Positions 63,495 through 64,000 of a DNA stretch of 64,000 bases are shown piece by piece (the first letter of the stretch is position 1; the number at the start of each line of letters is the position of its first letter). A model generated the notes under the pieces. That model saw only the letters and a list, made by a program, of their open reading frames with translations, was not told the DNA's origin and searched no databases. This DNA comes from Mobula hypostoma (Eukaryota): assembly GCF_963921235.1 (NCBI RefSeq), contig NC_086097.1:33482001-33546000 (forward strand). The letters run 5' to 3'. The position numbers and the translations under genes are program-made.

Positions 63495-64000
63495 AGGTGA
63501 ATTGATTATGGGGAGCAAGGACATGGCAGACCAATTGAATAATTACTTTGGTTCTGTCTTCACTAAGGAGGACATAAATAATCTTCCAGAAATAGTAAGG
63601 GACAGAGGGTCCAGTGAGATGGAGGAACTGAGCGAAATACATGTTAGTAGGGAAGTGGTGTTAGGTAAATTGAAGGGATTGAAGGCAGATAAATCCCCAG
63701 GGCCAGATGGTCTGCATCCCAGAGTGCTTAAGGAAGTGGCCCAAGAAATAGTGGATGCATTAGTGATAATTTTTCAAAACTCGTTAGATTCTGGACTAGT
63801 TCCTGAGGATTGGAGGGTGGCTAATGTAACCCCACTTTTTAAAAAAGGAGGGAGAGAGAAACCGGGGAATTATAGGCCGGTTAGCCTAACGTCGGTGGTG
63901 GGGAAACTGCTGGAGTCAGTTATCAAGGATGTGATAACAGCACATTTGGAAAGCGGTGAAATGATCGGACAAAGTCAGCATGGATTTGTGAAAGGAAAAT
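63495..64000 (+). mobile_element. Young CR1 LINE ORF2 segment, open to the window end
   Basis: Uninterrupted frame MADQLNNYFGSVFTKED...DKSPGPDGLHP...NYRPVSLTSVVGK...QHGFVKGK. Confidence 0.85.

Overview
Vertebrate genomic DNA, most likely a cartilaginous fish (ray or shark), inferred from the CR1 / Penelope / HE1-like SINE / Rex repeat landscape. Two plus-strand spliced genes can be assembled by eye. The first is the last four coding exons of IFT43 (6363-12680). The second is a complete GPATCH2L, with a CpG-rich promoter and non-coding first exon near 45.5 kb and nine coding exons from 53301 to 60479 (478 aa). This IFT43 to GPATCH2L order matches my recollection of human 14q24.3. The rest is mostly nested transposons (CR1, L1/Tx1, Rex/Babar, RTE-derived, Penelope, Tc1, Tigger/pogo, hAT, a solo LTR) and minisatellites, and most ORFs in the supplied track are artefacts of these. 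The most notable signals are: minimal type-I hammerhead ribozymes in Penelope terminal repeats; a candidate HDV-like ribozyme heading a TSD-bounded RTE-derived element; duplicated decoy or recursive-type splice acceptors before three GPATCH2L exons; and a fold-back Tc1 built from two 3' ends. Homology calls rest on remembered family sequences, not database searches, and transposon boundaries are approximate unless a TSD or TIR is given.
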